64,000 nucleotides of DNA from Cyanophora paradoxa CCMP329 (GCA_004431415.1 QPMI01000530.1:124001-188000); one strand, 5' to 3'; shown: positions 46,598 through 57,400, counted from the stretch's first letter. A program made the numbers and translations. The notes: generated by a model not told the origin, from the sequence alone.

Positions 46598-49500
46598 ATA
46601 AATGGTATTACACAGACCAAACAATCACCTCCGATTCTTATACAGTAGGTTTGAATGGTGTAGATATCCAAACTGTCACAGGGACTAATTATTTGCCTAA
46701 TTCCAGAGTAAACTTTTTTGGACTTGGACTGACTGTTGGAGGTAGTATTGCCGAAATTATAGTATTCAACAGAGCATTGACAAATGATGAAAAACGTGAT
46801 GTGAGGTATTATATTCAACAAATGTATGGGTTTCCAATTACTCAACCTCTGACATTTTACAGGGGGTTAAAGATCACATCACCTGAGACAGTGATTGATA
46901 ATCTTACTGTTACAAGTAATGCTAATCTTCCTCATCATCCAACATCAAATGTGGTTCAAGGTTGGATACAAAACCACACACACACGAAAGCGCAAATTAC
47001 AGATTTTCCCCATACTCACACCAAAGATCAGATCACAGACTTTGCGCACACTCACACCAAAGATCAGATCACAGATTTTGCCCATACTCATACAAAAGAT
47101 CAGATCACAGATTTTGCCCATACTCATTTATGGGAGCATATCACAAATCCTCCATTAACCTTCCCACCTGATTCACATACTCATGATTATTCCGAAATCA
47201 CAAACTCTAACCACAGGCACCCATGGAGTCAAATAGATGAAAAACCACGTTTTGCATCGGCAGGTAATTTAGTAAATGGTGATGGATTTTATGGGGTTAG
47301 TTTCTTTCAGAGTGATACTATCGCTGAAAGATTACAATTAAGTGAATATTACCTGAATCGCAAAGGAATAGATGCGGGAACAACTATGGAAGGCGAATTA
47401 TACATTAAACAACCTTCAAGAATACAAATGATTTCAGCAGGTGGGGTGGGAGTTATAGATACCAAACCAGGTCTGTTTTTGACAAGTTATTATAATGAAG
47501 ATATCCCATTAACAGCAGGTTTACCTCCACTTCCATTAGATCCAGTGAGTTATGATGATAAAGACGCCATTTTACAAGTGAATGTAACAGATGTAAGCGC
47601 AACCGATGGATCAAGACCGAAAATCATATTTAGTCGCTCCAAATTCAATTATGCACCACTTGTGGGACAACCAAAAGATGATTTCGGGAAATGTGAGATG
47701 GCGTGGATCAAAACATTAGCAGGTGGCGCCTTAGAAGTCAATCAGAGAATGGCGGCGAAAAACTTACACAATGAAACCCTTTCAGGTATTGTTACAGATG
47801 ATTACCTTGAAAGCAAAAATTATGTAGATGATACAGAACTTGCAGCAATTCGTGAAGATTATGTGACAAAACCAGAACTTCAAGAATATGTGACTGAACC
47901 TGAACTTAATGTAGCATTATCTAATTATCTACCACTCAAAGGTGGAACCATCACGAGCAACTTGGTTGTGACAAGCAACCTTACAGTTGGAGGAAAAATA
48001 CAAATGGGAACCGGAAGCTATTTAGAATCTTATCGTGAAAATAAATATCGAATCACTTCCAATTTTGATCCAGCTTCTAATATTTCAAATTGTCTTTTTG
48101 CATGGAAAGCCTCAGGTGTTCACGGTGAATCCGCGTTCAATTCTAATCTTTTCAATAGAGTCCCAAATGCTTTGATTCCATCAATAAAAGTGGCTTTTGG
48201 AAACAGTTCTTATTTTACATCAAATACAGAAATCAATAACCAATTCACTATAACAACTCCTTCCGTAGACAGTATGGCTGCATTTTCCTATCCGCATGTA
48301 ACAATAGATTGGTCATTAGGATTCACATACTTTGCGATAGGTAAATACAACCAGTCACCAAGTGTTGTTGATCATCTACGGATAATGAGGACAGAATCAC
48401 CAAACAGAACTGTTTATTATGGTATCAAGTCAAATACAACACTTGGAATGACAAGTTTTGTAATATCGGGAGCGCTACAAGCGACCCCTTCTATCACTGT
48501 TCCTTCTATGCTAAATAAATGGTATTACATAGACCAGACAATCACCTCCGATTCTTATACAGTAGGTTTGAATGGTGTAGATATCCAAACTGTTACAGGG
48601 ACTAATTATTTGCCTAATTCCAGAGTAAACTTTTTTGGACTTGGACTGACTGTTGGAGGTAGCATTGCTGAAATTATTTTATTCAACAGAGCATTGACAA
48701 ATGATGAAAAACGTGATGTGAGGTATTATATTCAACAAATGTATGGTTTTCCAATTACTCAACCAATCTTAACTCGGGAAACTCTTAATATTGTAGGAAA
48801 AGACAGATTAACACTTAGCAATTTGGAGATACCCACACACAATCACACAAAAGATCAGATCACAGATTTTGCCCACACACATTCCCGATTAGAGATACCC
48901 GATTTTGCACACGTTCACACAAAAGCTGAGATTTCAGATTTTGACCACACACACACATGGAATAGTATCACAGATAAGCCTTTAACATTTACACCTTCAC
49001 CACATCCACATTTATGGAGTCATATTACGGATAGACCCACCTTATCAGCAGTTGCAACAAGCGGAAATTACGATGATCTGATAAATAAACCAACATACAC
49101 TTCACCGACAAATTTTGATGCTACAAGTGGTATTTCCACAGACCGCACAGGAGATTGGAGAAATTATAGTGGGCAACCATTAACAAATACAGACACTTCG
49201 ACATTCACATGGCCCGATAACAATTTGGATTGTAGTAGCTGTAAGATGTATTGGAATGTTCCAACAGGAATGAAATCATGTTATATCTATTATACGTGTC
49301 AGTATGACAGTAGATACTTTGATGTTGTTGGAATTAAACCATCAACCGATACTTATACTCGTTTACGAGTAAATGCCTATGCTCCTGGATATAATTTTGC
49401 AGAAGATTTTAAACAGTTTGCTGCAATAAATTGTGAAGGACTTGTTAAAGTTGGTGTTCAAGGAAGGATAGGAAGAATTTATCTTCCAGGTCCGATTACT

Positions 49501-50265
49501 GTTGGATGGAGCAAAAACCCCGCTATATCGTCACACAGTGGTTACTTCCATTGGGATAATATATACGGAAAGCCAACAGCTTCTACGACTGTCGGTCCTC
49601 ACTCTCACACAAAATCAGATATCACAGATTTTGCACATTCACACACAAAGGCAAATATCACAGATTTCGCACACACTCACACTAAATCAGAAATCACGGA
49701 TTTCCCAATCTTAGACCCATTTGTAGCCAATACGATCACAGGTAACACAATTACAGCCAACAATACCATGTATGTGGGATCCGGTCAAATTTACCAACCA
49801 GACTCTCCTTTATTCTACGAACAGTGGTTCTTCCACAATTCCGCAAATATTTACGATAAAACGTTATTATGTCGGGGAAATGCTTACGCAAGGGCATACT
49901 ATGCGATGGATGAAACAGATAATACAAAGATCGCAAAACTTGTTTCAGAACAACGGGTCAATAAAGACCAGTATATACAAACAGGGAGTTTCTCAAAATC
50001 TTTAACAATCACAGGTCCAGGTCATTGGGGATTTCCACAGGTTGTCACATTCCCAAAAGCATTTGCGGCAGCCCCAGAAGTGGTTCTCAATCTTAAACAA
50101 GGGTATAATGGTGGTTCATATGTATTGGTATATGGTGTCACAAGTTCCACAACAACAACATTTACTATTCATGCAACAATTTCGGCAAATAGAGAATACA
50201 ATGAAAGCATTGGACTTTTCCACTATCAAATGACTTATATTGCAACAGGGAAGATGGTAGCATAG
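46591..50265 (+). CDS. Fibre/receptor-binding protein, C-terminal part (HTHTKDQITDF repeats, second LamG-like copy, C-terminal fibre-tip domain)
   Basis: Separated from the previous ORF by a 1-nt loss in a C run (gcgaccctt at ~46566 vs gcgacccctt at 48481 in the duplicated copy); GSIAEII.FNRALT; VTFPKAFAAAPEVV...YIATG. Confidence 0.8.
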   Translation: MLNKWYYTDQTITSDSYTVGLNGVDIQTVTGTNYLPNSRVNFFGLGLTVGGSIAEIIVFNRALTNDEKRDVRYYIQQMYGFPITQPLTFYRGLKITSPETVIDNLTVTSNANLPHHPTSNVVQGWIQNHTHTKAQITDFPHTHTKDQITDFAHTHTKDQITDFAHTHTKDQITDFAHTHLWEHITNPPLTFPPDSHTHDYSEITNSNHRHPWSQIDEKPRFASAGNLVNGDGFYGVSFFQSDTIAERLQLSEYYLNRKGIDAGTTMEGELYIKQPSRIQMISAGGVGVIDTKPGLFLTSYYNEDIPLTAGLPPLPLDPVSYDDKDAILQVNVTDVSATDGSRPKIIFSRSKFNYAPLVGQPKDDFGKCEMAWIKTLAGGALEVNQRMAAKNLHNETLSGIVTDDYLESKNYVDDTELAAIREDYVTKPELQEYVTEPELNVALSNYLPLKGGTITSNLVVTSNLTVGGKIQMGTGSYLESYRENKYRITSNFDPASNISNCLFAWKASGVHGESAFNSNLFNRVPNALIPSIKVAFGNSSYFTSNTEINNQFTITTPSVDSMAAFSYPHVTIDWSLGFTYFAIGKYNQSPSVVDHLRIMRTESPNRTVYYGIKSNTTLGMTSFVISGALQATPSITVPSMLNKWYYIDQTITSDSYTVGLNGVDIQTVTGTNYLPNSRVNFFGLGLTVGGSIAEIILFNRALTNDEKRDVRYYIQQMYGFPITQPILTRETLNIVGKDRLTLSNLEIPTHNHTKDQITDFAHTHSRLEIPDFAHVHTKAEISDFDHTHTWNSITDKPLTFTPSPHPHLWSHITDRPTLSAVATSGNYDDLINKPTYTSPTNFDATSGISTDRTGDWRNYSGQPLTNTDTSTFTWPDNNLDCSSCKMYWNVPTGMKSCYIYYTCQYDSRYFDVVGIKPSTDTYTRLRVNAYAPGYNFAEDFKQFAAINCEGLVKVGVQGRIGRIYLPGPITVGWSKNPAISSHSGYFHWDNIYGKPTASTTVGPHSHTKSDITDFAHSHTKANITDFAHTHTKSEITDFPILDPFVANTITGNTITANNTMYVGSGQIYQPDSPLFYEQWFFHNSANIYDKTLLCRGNAYARAYYAMDETDNTKIAKLVSEQRVNKDQYIQTGSFSKSLTITGPGHWGFPQVVTFPKAFAAAPEVVLNLKQGYNGGSYVLVYGVTSSTTTTFTIHATISANREYNESIGLFHYQMTYIATGKMVA

Positions 50266-50305
50266 ATATTCGTTTATTTTTCTATCCTTCTTAGTAAAAG
50301 AAGCA

Positions 50306-51150
50306 ATGGGTGAATACAATCGAGTCCAATTACCAGTTTACGCATTGGGGGCGCCCGCGGTTCACTTTCGACAACACGAAGTGTCTGATGAAATTCGTGG
50401 ACTTGAATCCACAGAACGAGCCAATTCTGGTAATGCTTTTGATAAAAACAGCATGATTCGTGTAAAAGAACTACGCGCGGATAAAAATTCGGGTGTGGTA
50501 AAAACAACTCAGCTCCTTGTAACGAATGCGAACTTCAATGCTGTTATAGGGCAGCCGGATTCCTATAGTGTGGACCTTAGAGGGTTTGATTTTGATGGTG
50601 AACGCGCTGCTGCTGTTGTGAGATCAGGAGGAGCAATTATTGGTGGCGGTTGTCGAGTATCAGGAATGCTTAGTTCATCTGTTTCAGTCAATGACATTCC
50701 TGACACTTTACCAGAAAATGAGGATAATCCACAACGAATTCGAATGTATAATCCATGTGGTGCTGAAGCTTGGGCAATGGCGCAGGTTCGTGTTGAGCTA
50801 ACAAATGTCACAGCAACTCAGCCAAATGGAATAGCTGGTGATTGGTATTATCCAAATATTCCAATCCCAGATCCCTTCACGCAATGTGTAGATCACAAAA
50901 TGGTCTGTTAGGTCCAGCCTATACTTTCTATGTTCAGAGTATGGGTCGTGGGAGGGGTTGGGTTCTATTCCAAAATCTTGCTCAACCGGAATCTTTTGAT
51001 TTTTACGCAACAGAAACTGGAAACTACGATGTTCTTATAATTGGATTGAGAACAGACCAAGCAGCATGGGCATCTTCGCGTGGTCTAAATCCAGATAATA
51101 ACTTAAACAACTTCTACGACGATCCATTCCCGAATGATCCCACACCATAA
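50306..51150 (+). CDS. Hypothetical structural protein, tandem paralogue A; frameshift near 50905
   Basis: ORFs 50306-50911 + 50842-51150; shares GLESTE...ELR.DKN.GVVKTT.LLVTNANFNA...RSGGA with the next gene. Confidence 0.65.
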
Positions 51151-51169
51151 ATATGTTTTGATACATTAA

Positions 51170-52012
51170 ATGGCAGCTCCTGCTCCACCTGAACGCATTT
51201 TAACAGCCCAACTATCATTAGCTGCTCCAGCCAATCACGTTTTACAACATGCTATTATTGATAATGTTGATGGCCTTGAATCCACAGAGATAGCACCAAC
51301 TCTTAATACTTTTGGCGACACTCACATGCTAAGACTAAGAGAATTGAGATGTGACAAAAATAATGGGGTCGTTAAAACTACAAAACTTCTTGTAACAAAT
51401 GCGAATTTCAATGCGTTTCATGGAGATCCTGATAGTTACAATGATGACAACAAGGTAACAAACTTTGCCTATGAGGCAAGAAGGGGAGCAATTAAATGTA
51501 GATCAGGAGGCGCCTATATTGGAGATGGTTTAAGGGTTGGTGGAATTATTGGAGCGCCCTGTTAGTAAATGATCAACCCAATCCTGATGATGTAAATACA
51601 AGAATCAGGACATATGTCCCAGGTATGAATGAGCCCTACATTATAAAAATCAATACGATTATTATAAACCTTCAAACAGCCGTTCTGGATGTATTAGAGC
51701 CTTTGGGAAATCATTATAGGTATATTGAGACATTGCCTGCTGATATTTACTCATTATGTAGACGAACTGATGGAGCAAGACCCGTATTACAGTCCAAGTA
51801 GTCCCAGTAGATAATTTCGGTCTTGCTTTTCATTCATTGCCCTGCTTGACACACAAGATGACCAATATATTATAAGAGCCACACAACAAGGGACTTACAC
51901 AGTAATTATGTATGCTGAAAGAAATGATGAAATCGCAAGAGGAAATCGATATGGACAGTATCTAACCACCAATTTATACAATCCCATTGGTGGAAGTGAT
52001 CCTTTGCCTTAA
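51170..52012 (+). CDS. Hypothetical structural protein, tandem paralogue B; frameshifted
   Basis: ORF 51170-51565 continues in other frames to GTYTVIMYAERND...GSDPLP* (stop 52010-52012), colinear with paralogue A. Confidence 0.6.
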
Positions 52013-52057
52013 ATCGTCAGATGTCTTATTGTTTTTTCTATTCTATTGGTAATCAAA

Positions 52058-52456
52058 ATGCTTGCCAAAGGTTACCATGTGATGCTTGATTTCCAATTCA
52101 GCCAACCAATTAGCGACCATGTGGAGCTCTCTAAATGGCTCATGAATGTCAGTGAAGACATCATCAAGAAATATGGAATACAGGTTGTCCACAAACATGC
52201 TGAGATTTTTGATGGCACCAAATCACCCCCTGGATTTGCCCAAGTATTATTATTAGATGAAAGCCATTGCTCTGCTCATTGCTACAGTGATCAAGGCATG
52301 TTAGCAATAGATATATTCAGCTGTGGAAAACAGGCAGAAAGGAATACAAGTTTAATTGCTTTTGAGCTGGAGGAGGAGATAAACAAGTATGCTATTGGTT
52401 TTGGGGCAGTGATCAAAAAGAGATTACACCATGAGAAGAGGAGGTTTGAGGTTTAA
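52058..52456 (+). CDS. speD: S-adenosylmethionine decarboxylase family proenzyme (short prokaryotic-type, pyruvoyl-dependent)
   Basis: GYHVMLDF...PPGFAQVLLLDESHCSAHCYSDQGMLAIDIFSCG with the ESH autocleavage site. Confidence 0.88.
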   Translation: MLAKGYHVMLDFQFSQPISDHVELSKWLMNVSEDIIKKYGIQVVHKHAEIFDGTKSPPGFAQVLLLDESHCSAHCYSDQGMLAIDIFSCGKQAERNTSLIAFELEEEINKYAIGFGAVIKKRLHHEKRRFEV

Positions 52457-52458
52457 GA

Positions 52459-52592
52459 GAGGGTGTTGAGAGTGTTGAGGGTGTTGAGAGTGTTGAGGGT
52501 GTTGAGGGTTATATGTAAAAATTCCCGCGAGAGAGAATTTTCATAAGAAAGTTTACAAACAACCCTCAACACCCTCAACACCCTCAACACCC
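52459..52592 (+). promoter_or_regulatory. Inverted iteron/hairpin module, copy 3
   Basis: (gtgttgagg/a)n-gggttatatgtaaaaattcccgcgagag...taagaaagtttacaaacaaccc-(accctcaac)n; near-identical to copy 2. Confidence 0.65.
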
Positions 52593-52596
52593 CTTG

Positions 52597-52743
52597 CTGG
52601 TGCCAAAAAGACATATTTATTACCCTAAGACCTAAAATAGATGCTTACTACCCTAGTGCCTAAAACGCGCACACATAGGGATATGCCAGATCCAAGCCAG
52701 AGGGCGAAGCCCGAGGGCTTGGATCTGGCATATCCCTATGTGT
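52597..52743 (-). repeat. Right TIR of outer element with terminal 28-bp hairpin (52671-52698 pairs with 52716-52743)
   Basis: acacatagggatatgccagatccaagcc-agagggcgaagcccgag-ggcttggatctggcatatccctatgtgt. Confidence 0.95.
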
Positions 52744-53245
52744 CGCGCGGCGGCCGCTGGCTTAAAGCCGGGCGCCGGGCGCGACGCGGATCCACCGTTG
52801 GCAATGCGCATGCGCGGGCGCGGGCGCGCCAGCGCCGGCGGACGGATCCCGGAGCGCACGGCCGCAGGGCGGCCGCGGGCTTAAAGCCGAGGTAAGCATG
52901 CTCCAGAACTAGTGGCCCGGCCGCGTTTTGGCGCGCCGGGGGTGCAAGGGGGGAATCTGGTTCTAATGAAAGAGTAGTAGTGGCACAAACATGCACGGGG
53001 CAGATGTAGATCGACCCCGGCCCAGCGCGCGCGGCAGGTTGAAGTAGTAAAGATAGAGACAGATTATATATGATTGTAAAGAGTAGAAAAGGGCTGTTAT
53101 GCAGAGGCTGCGATCTAACCGAATAAAGAAAAGCCTGAATGAACGGCCAGATTGAGCGCACTGTATATGAAAGATTATTGTGGAGCGAAAAAACGCAGCG
53201 CATCATTTGTGTGCGCGCGGCCTACCGCTAACCCTGAACAGCTGG

Positions 53246-54110
53246 CTAAAAGATGATGGTGCTGTCTGCAGAGGGCTCGCCGTAAACATAGGCGATCCAG
53301 GCCTTCTGCAGGGGGTCGGGGCGGAAGTCGACCATGGGGGTGAGCGGCAGCCAGCGGCGCCGGTCATGAAGAGGGCCGTCTTGCGAGAGCATGGTGAGGC
53401 GGCCCGCCGCCTCGAGCGCCCGCAGAGCCACGCGGCTGTCGCGCTGCCCGCTCCCAGCGCGCATCTGGTAGACAAGGTCTTGAATTTCGATATCCGCGAG
53501 GCCGGCGTCACGGAGGCGCTTGAGGACTCCCATGTGGAGGTCCTCGATCGCCGGCCTGCCGTGGCAATCATGAATCAGAGGTGAGATTTAGATATGGGCA
53601 GTCCAGTTGAATGAATGTTCGCGCACCCGACAAAGCGAACGACGAAGCGATCCTGCCGCGCAGCCGCGAGTGCTTCGACGGTTGCTAAAGCGAAGGCGAC
53701 GGCCTCCTCGCGGATGGGGGGGAAGCCAGGCCGGTCGGGGAGCTCGCGGACGAGGATGAGCAGGGGCCTCTCAGCCGCTCCGAGCACGGACACGAGACCG
53801 GCGACGTTGGGGGCTGCTCCAGACGGCCAGGTGGACGCGGCGTGCCGGTATCCGTCGGGCGGGAGCACAAGCGCGACGGCGCCCGCAGAAAGCCGGCCGA
53901 GCGCGAGGCCGAGCCAGGAGGCGTCGTCGGCGGAGGCAACGTCCGTCCGGACAATGTAAGCAAATTCCGCCGTTGCATGATGACGACACCTTGCAGCCTG
54001 CGCCACCCGCCACGAAATCCCGCCCTGGAACGACGTCTCCGTGTACAGAAGCGGCTGCAGCTCGCCGTCCCATCTGATGCGAACTTGCACAGCAACAGAC
54101 TCACGCGCGT
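53246..54110 (-). CDS. Probable host gene exons, unknown product
   Basis: Protein-like stretches (VQVRIRWDGELQPLLYTETSF; LLILVRELPDRP; DFRPDPLQKAWIAYVYGE) separated by short intron-like gaps; boundaries uncertain. Confidence 0.35.
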
Positions 54111-54291
54111 AATTTGGCGAAGCTACTACCGGGCATAAAGCTGCGGCGCAATCTGCCGAAGCAAGCACCGCGGCGAAACCGAAAAGCCGAGCAGCGGAGT
54201 GTCGACCGCAACAAAAGCGGCCGGCCCGGCCGGCGTGCTCGGCTGCGGGCAGCGGCGCACGCGGTTCTGCGGTATAAGCTCGATTTCGGAG

Positions 54292-54443
54292 ACGTGCTGA
54301 GCGCAGCAAGAGAGCACGGTCTAGATCTGCACGGCCGGGCGTGCTCAGCTGCAATCGCAGGTCCTGTACGTGCTGAGCGCAGCAAGAGAGCACGGTCTAG
54401 ATCTGCACGGCCGGGCGTGCTCAGCTGCAATCGCAGGTCCTGT
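54292..54443. repeat. 76-bp perfect tandem duplication
   Basis: acgtgctgagcgcagcaagagagc...gcaggtcctgt starting at 54292 and 54368. Confidence 0.9.
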
Positions 54444-57400
54444 TCGCGGCGCAGCTAGCTATAGGCAGCGGCGCAAGCTTGATGCGGTCAAAAGTAGTCC
54501 AGGCGGAACGGGTACCGTGCGGCGTACGCGGCGCAGTGCGAGGAAGCGGAAATCTAGCACTGCACGCCAAGCCCCTCAGAAATCCGCGACTTGGAGAACG
54601 AAGCAAGGTGTACCCCAAATCTTTGTTGACCAGCCGCGGCCGGAAGCCGGCGTGAGCGCCGGGGGCGCTGCGCTCGCAGTAGTAGTATCGGAGAGCCCAC
54701 CACAGCACTTCGAGCGCCTGGCCGGGCGATTTCGGGCCACTCGGGGTCGGTTCCCGTCCCGGGCCGCCCCGTGCCCCCTTTTTCGAGCCAGCAGCGTCTG
54801 GAACAACTAGTGAGGGTCTAAAAAGAGTGGTTCCTCGTTAAGAACGCCCGCCCGCGCCGCCCGCGGCCCGTGACCCGCTCCGCCTCGTCAGCAGAGACCG
54901 CGCCTTCGTCGGGCTACAGGGCGGTGCCGGAGCATTGTCAACCGTACTAGGATGCATCCTACCGCTCTCGGAACGCGGAGAAGGGCGCCCACGCCGCGAA
55001 TTCAACACAAGATCAAGGAGAGCTCGCTCTGGCACGAGGTTCGCTGCACCTTTCTTGACTCAGCGCGTTGGGTGGGCTGTGACAGCGTTGCCATGTGTGC
55101 GGAGTGTGGTTTCGAAGCTATTCTGCATAGTGTGGCGCGGGGCTCTCGGCCCGTCCGCGGGGCGTTTCGCTTCGTCCGGGTGACCCCCCACGCGTCGCAG
55201 CTAGCGCGGTGCAACCGCCGAGCTCCGGCGCCCCGGTGGCGGCTCCCGGTCACGCCGGTGCGCATCCCTCGCCGCTCGCTTCGTCTCAGACGCATCCGCG
55301 CTGACTTTCCGACCGTCTAGAACTGCCGGTGAAGCTGGCTTATCGTCCAGGAAGCTCAGGATCGACCGCCGAGAACGAGGTGAGGGCCCCGCGCTTGCCC
55401 GCCACCGCGCCCGCCCGCCACCGCGCCGCTGAACGGTTTCCGCGCAGCAAAAGGAGCCGAAAAGGAGCTTTCGTTCTCGATAGAAGCACCTGAGCGCCGG
55501 CAGCAGCAACCGGAGCAGCGAGCGCTCTTGGAGATCGGTGCGCCTGCCTGCGCCGCGCGCGCACGCCCGCCCGCCCAGAGCGCCCGCTGATGTCGCCACC
55601 CGCGGCTCTCGCGCAGAGCGATGAGGCTCCGCGCGGCGTAGGCGGCAGCAGCCGGCGGCGGGATTCGAGAGGGGCAGCTAGACTGCACCACCACCTTAGC
55701 GGGGCTGCATCCCCCCCCTCCTCTGCGGCCCTCCCGGGCTGCGGCCCCCTCCGCCCCGCCTTCTCTCTCTGTTCAGCGCTCTGTCGGTAGAGCGCCAGTA
55801 GCTCGCCAGCGTCCTGAGATCTTGATAATGAGATCGTGATTCTCGAGAAACCTGCCCCGCCTGCGCCGTCTGGGCCAGCGAGCGCTCTGTTAAGCATGCA
55901 GAATGCTGTAAATGCATATATATGATGTATATCTCGCTTCCCGGGCGCTGTCTGCAACCGGGCGGGCGAGAATCGTCCTGGGGGCATGTGGGGCCCCAAG
56001 TTGCAGTGGATTTTGAATTCGGGCCCAGGCTTAAATCGGCGGCCTTCGGTACCACCACAATCGTCTTCAGCACCCTCGAAAACCCCCGGGGACGTGAAAT
56101 CACCGCTGCTGAGTGAGTAGATGCTTCAATAAGGCATCATGAGCAGGTCGGGGTGGCATTTTGGAACTTGAAAACTAGAAAGTACCAGAGAGGGTCCTAC
56201 GAGTAAAGCTCGAAACACCGGTGGGGCCCAAAAACACTTCGGATCACCCTGTATCTTGGAGCAGTGATATAACTACATGTGATAATGATTGTGGCTCAAA
56301 GAGCGGGCCGCTGGGGCCAGCCCGTCGCCCAGAAACTCACTAGCTCTCACTAGCTCACTGACTGTGATCAAGCGATCTCCACTAAGGATGCACCCCTCCG
56401 GGCCGCGATGCATACGCACATGCTCTATCAAGGTGTGCATCGATCTGCGCTAGCGGCGGCCCAGCGAACCCTTGCTGTGTGGAGCGAAATCAAATCGCGC
56501 AGGTGCCCCCACCCCAAGCCTTCTGGAGAAGCAGGCGATCTCCGCTGCGGATGCATGCGCCGGGGCCGCGCTCCAGCTGCGCATGCTCTTTTAAATTGTG
56601 CATCGATCTGCGTTAGCGTCGGCCCGGCGGCCCTCGCAGTAAGCAGCGAAATCGAATCTGCCAGGTGCCACCCCCCCACTGGAGCAGGTGCCGCTGGCGC
56701 GGGGGGTGCGTGCCGCCGCCCGTACGCGGGCTCTGCGCGTGCTCTAGATGTCTCTCATGGCCCTAGACATCTCAGCCCGCACCGCCCCGCCGTCGCAGCC
56801 ATGCCATCTGGAACCGCATGACATGCTTGATTGCACACGAGCGCGCATCTGCCTGAGGCGCGGCAGGACACGCAGGCGGGGCGTTCCCGGGCCTAAGCGA
56901 TGCGGGCGAGCGGTGAGCGGCCTCCGCGACGGCGAAAGATGCCTCGGCGGCGCAGGGCCTGCGAGCGGCGGGTCGGTCAGGGCGCGGAGTGTGCGAGGGG
57001 GTGCGCGCAGGGCTTCACCACGCACTCATTAATGATGCCTGCACTAGCTATGAGCGGCAGGATCGATACGAGGCGCGCGGCGGGCGGCCGGCCGGCCCCG
57101 CGGGCGGCCGAAGGTGCTCGTCGCCTGCCGACGGTCCGAAGCTCACACGGCTCGACCGGGGACGCGGCAAGGTGCGATCCCGACCTTATCTAACACGCTG
57201 AGAACGTTGGTTGCGCTTGCGAGCGACCTGGCTGCGCGGAAGTCGCAAGACGGTGCACGCGAGATGGGTCGCGCGCCGGGAGCTAGCGCAAAGCCGTCGT
57301 AGGTGCTGCCACCATGCTCCCGGGGGCTAGGAGCGTGTCGGCGAGCACCGCAGGGCGCTGCTGTCGGCAAGAGGCGGACCTCAGGCGGTGCTTGTGTATC

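Larger units (their letters stand above)
14254..52743. mobile_element. Outer endogenous Polinton-like virus / Maverick-type provirus (~26.9 kb plus 11.6-kb nested insert)
   Basis: Abrupt GC drop and intronless, dense ORFs. TIRs 14254-14402 / 52597-52743; flanking 6-bp CGCGCG at 14248-14253 and 52744-52749. Encodes rve integrase, pPolB, D5 helicase, A32 ATPase, MCP and pentons. Confidence 0.95.

Noticed and set aside
46150-48765. Near-identical repeat pair in the fibre gene as a diversity-generating retroelement TR/VR
   Set aside because: Differences are not adenine-specific (many C/T), both copies are coding, and there is no reverse transcriptase
14254-52743. Bacterial prophage or contaminant explanation for the AT-rich island
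   Set aside because: Clean TIR/TSD junctions with eukaryotic DNA, Polinton-type integrase and pPolB, A32 ATPase, and no evident Shine-Dalgarno leaders
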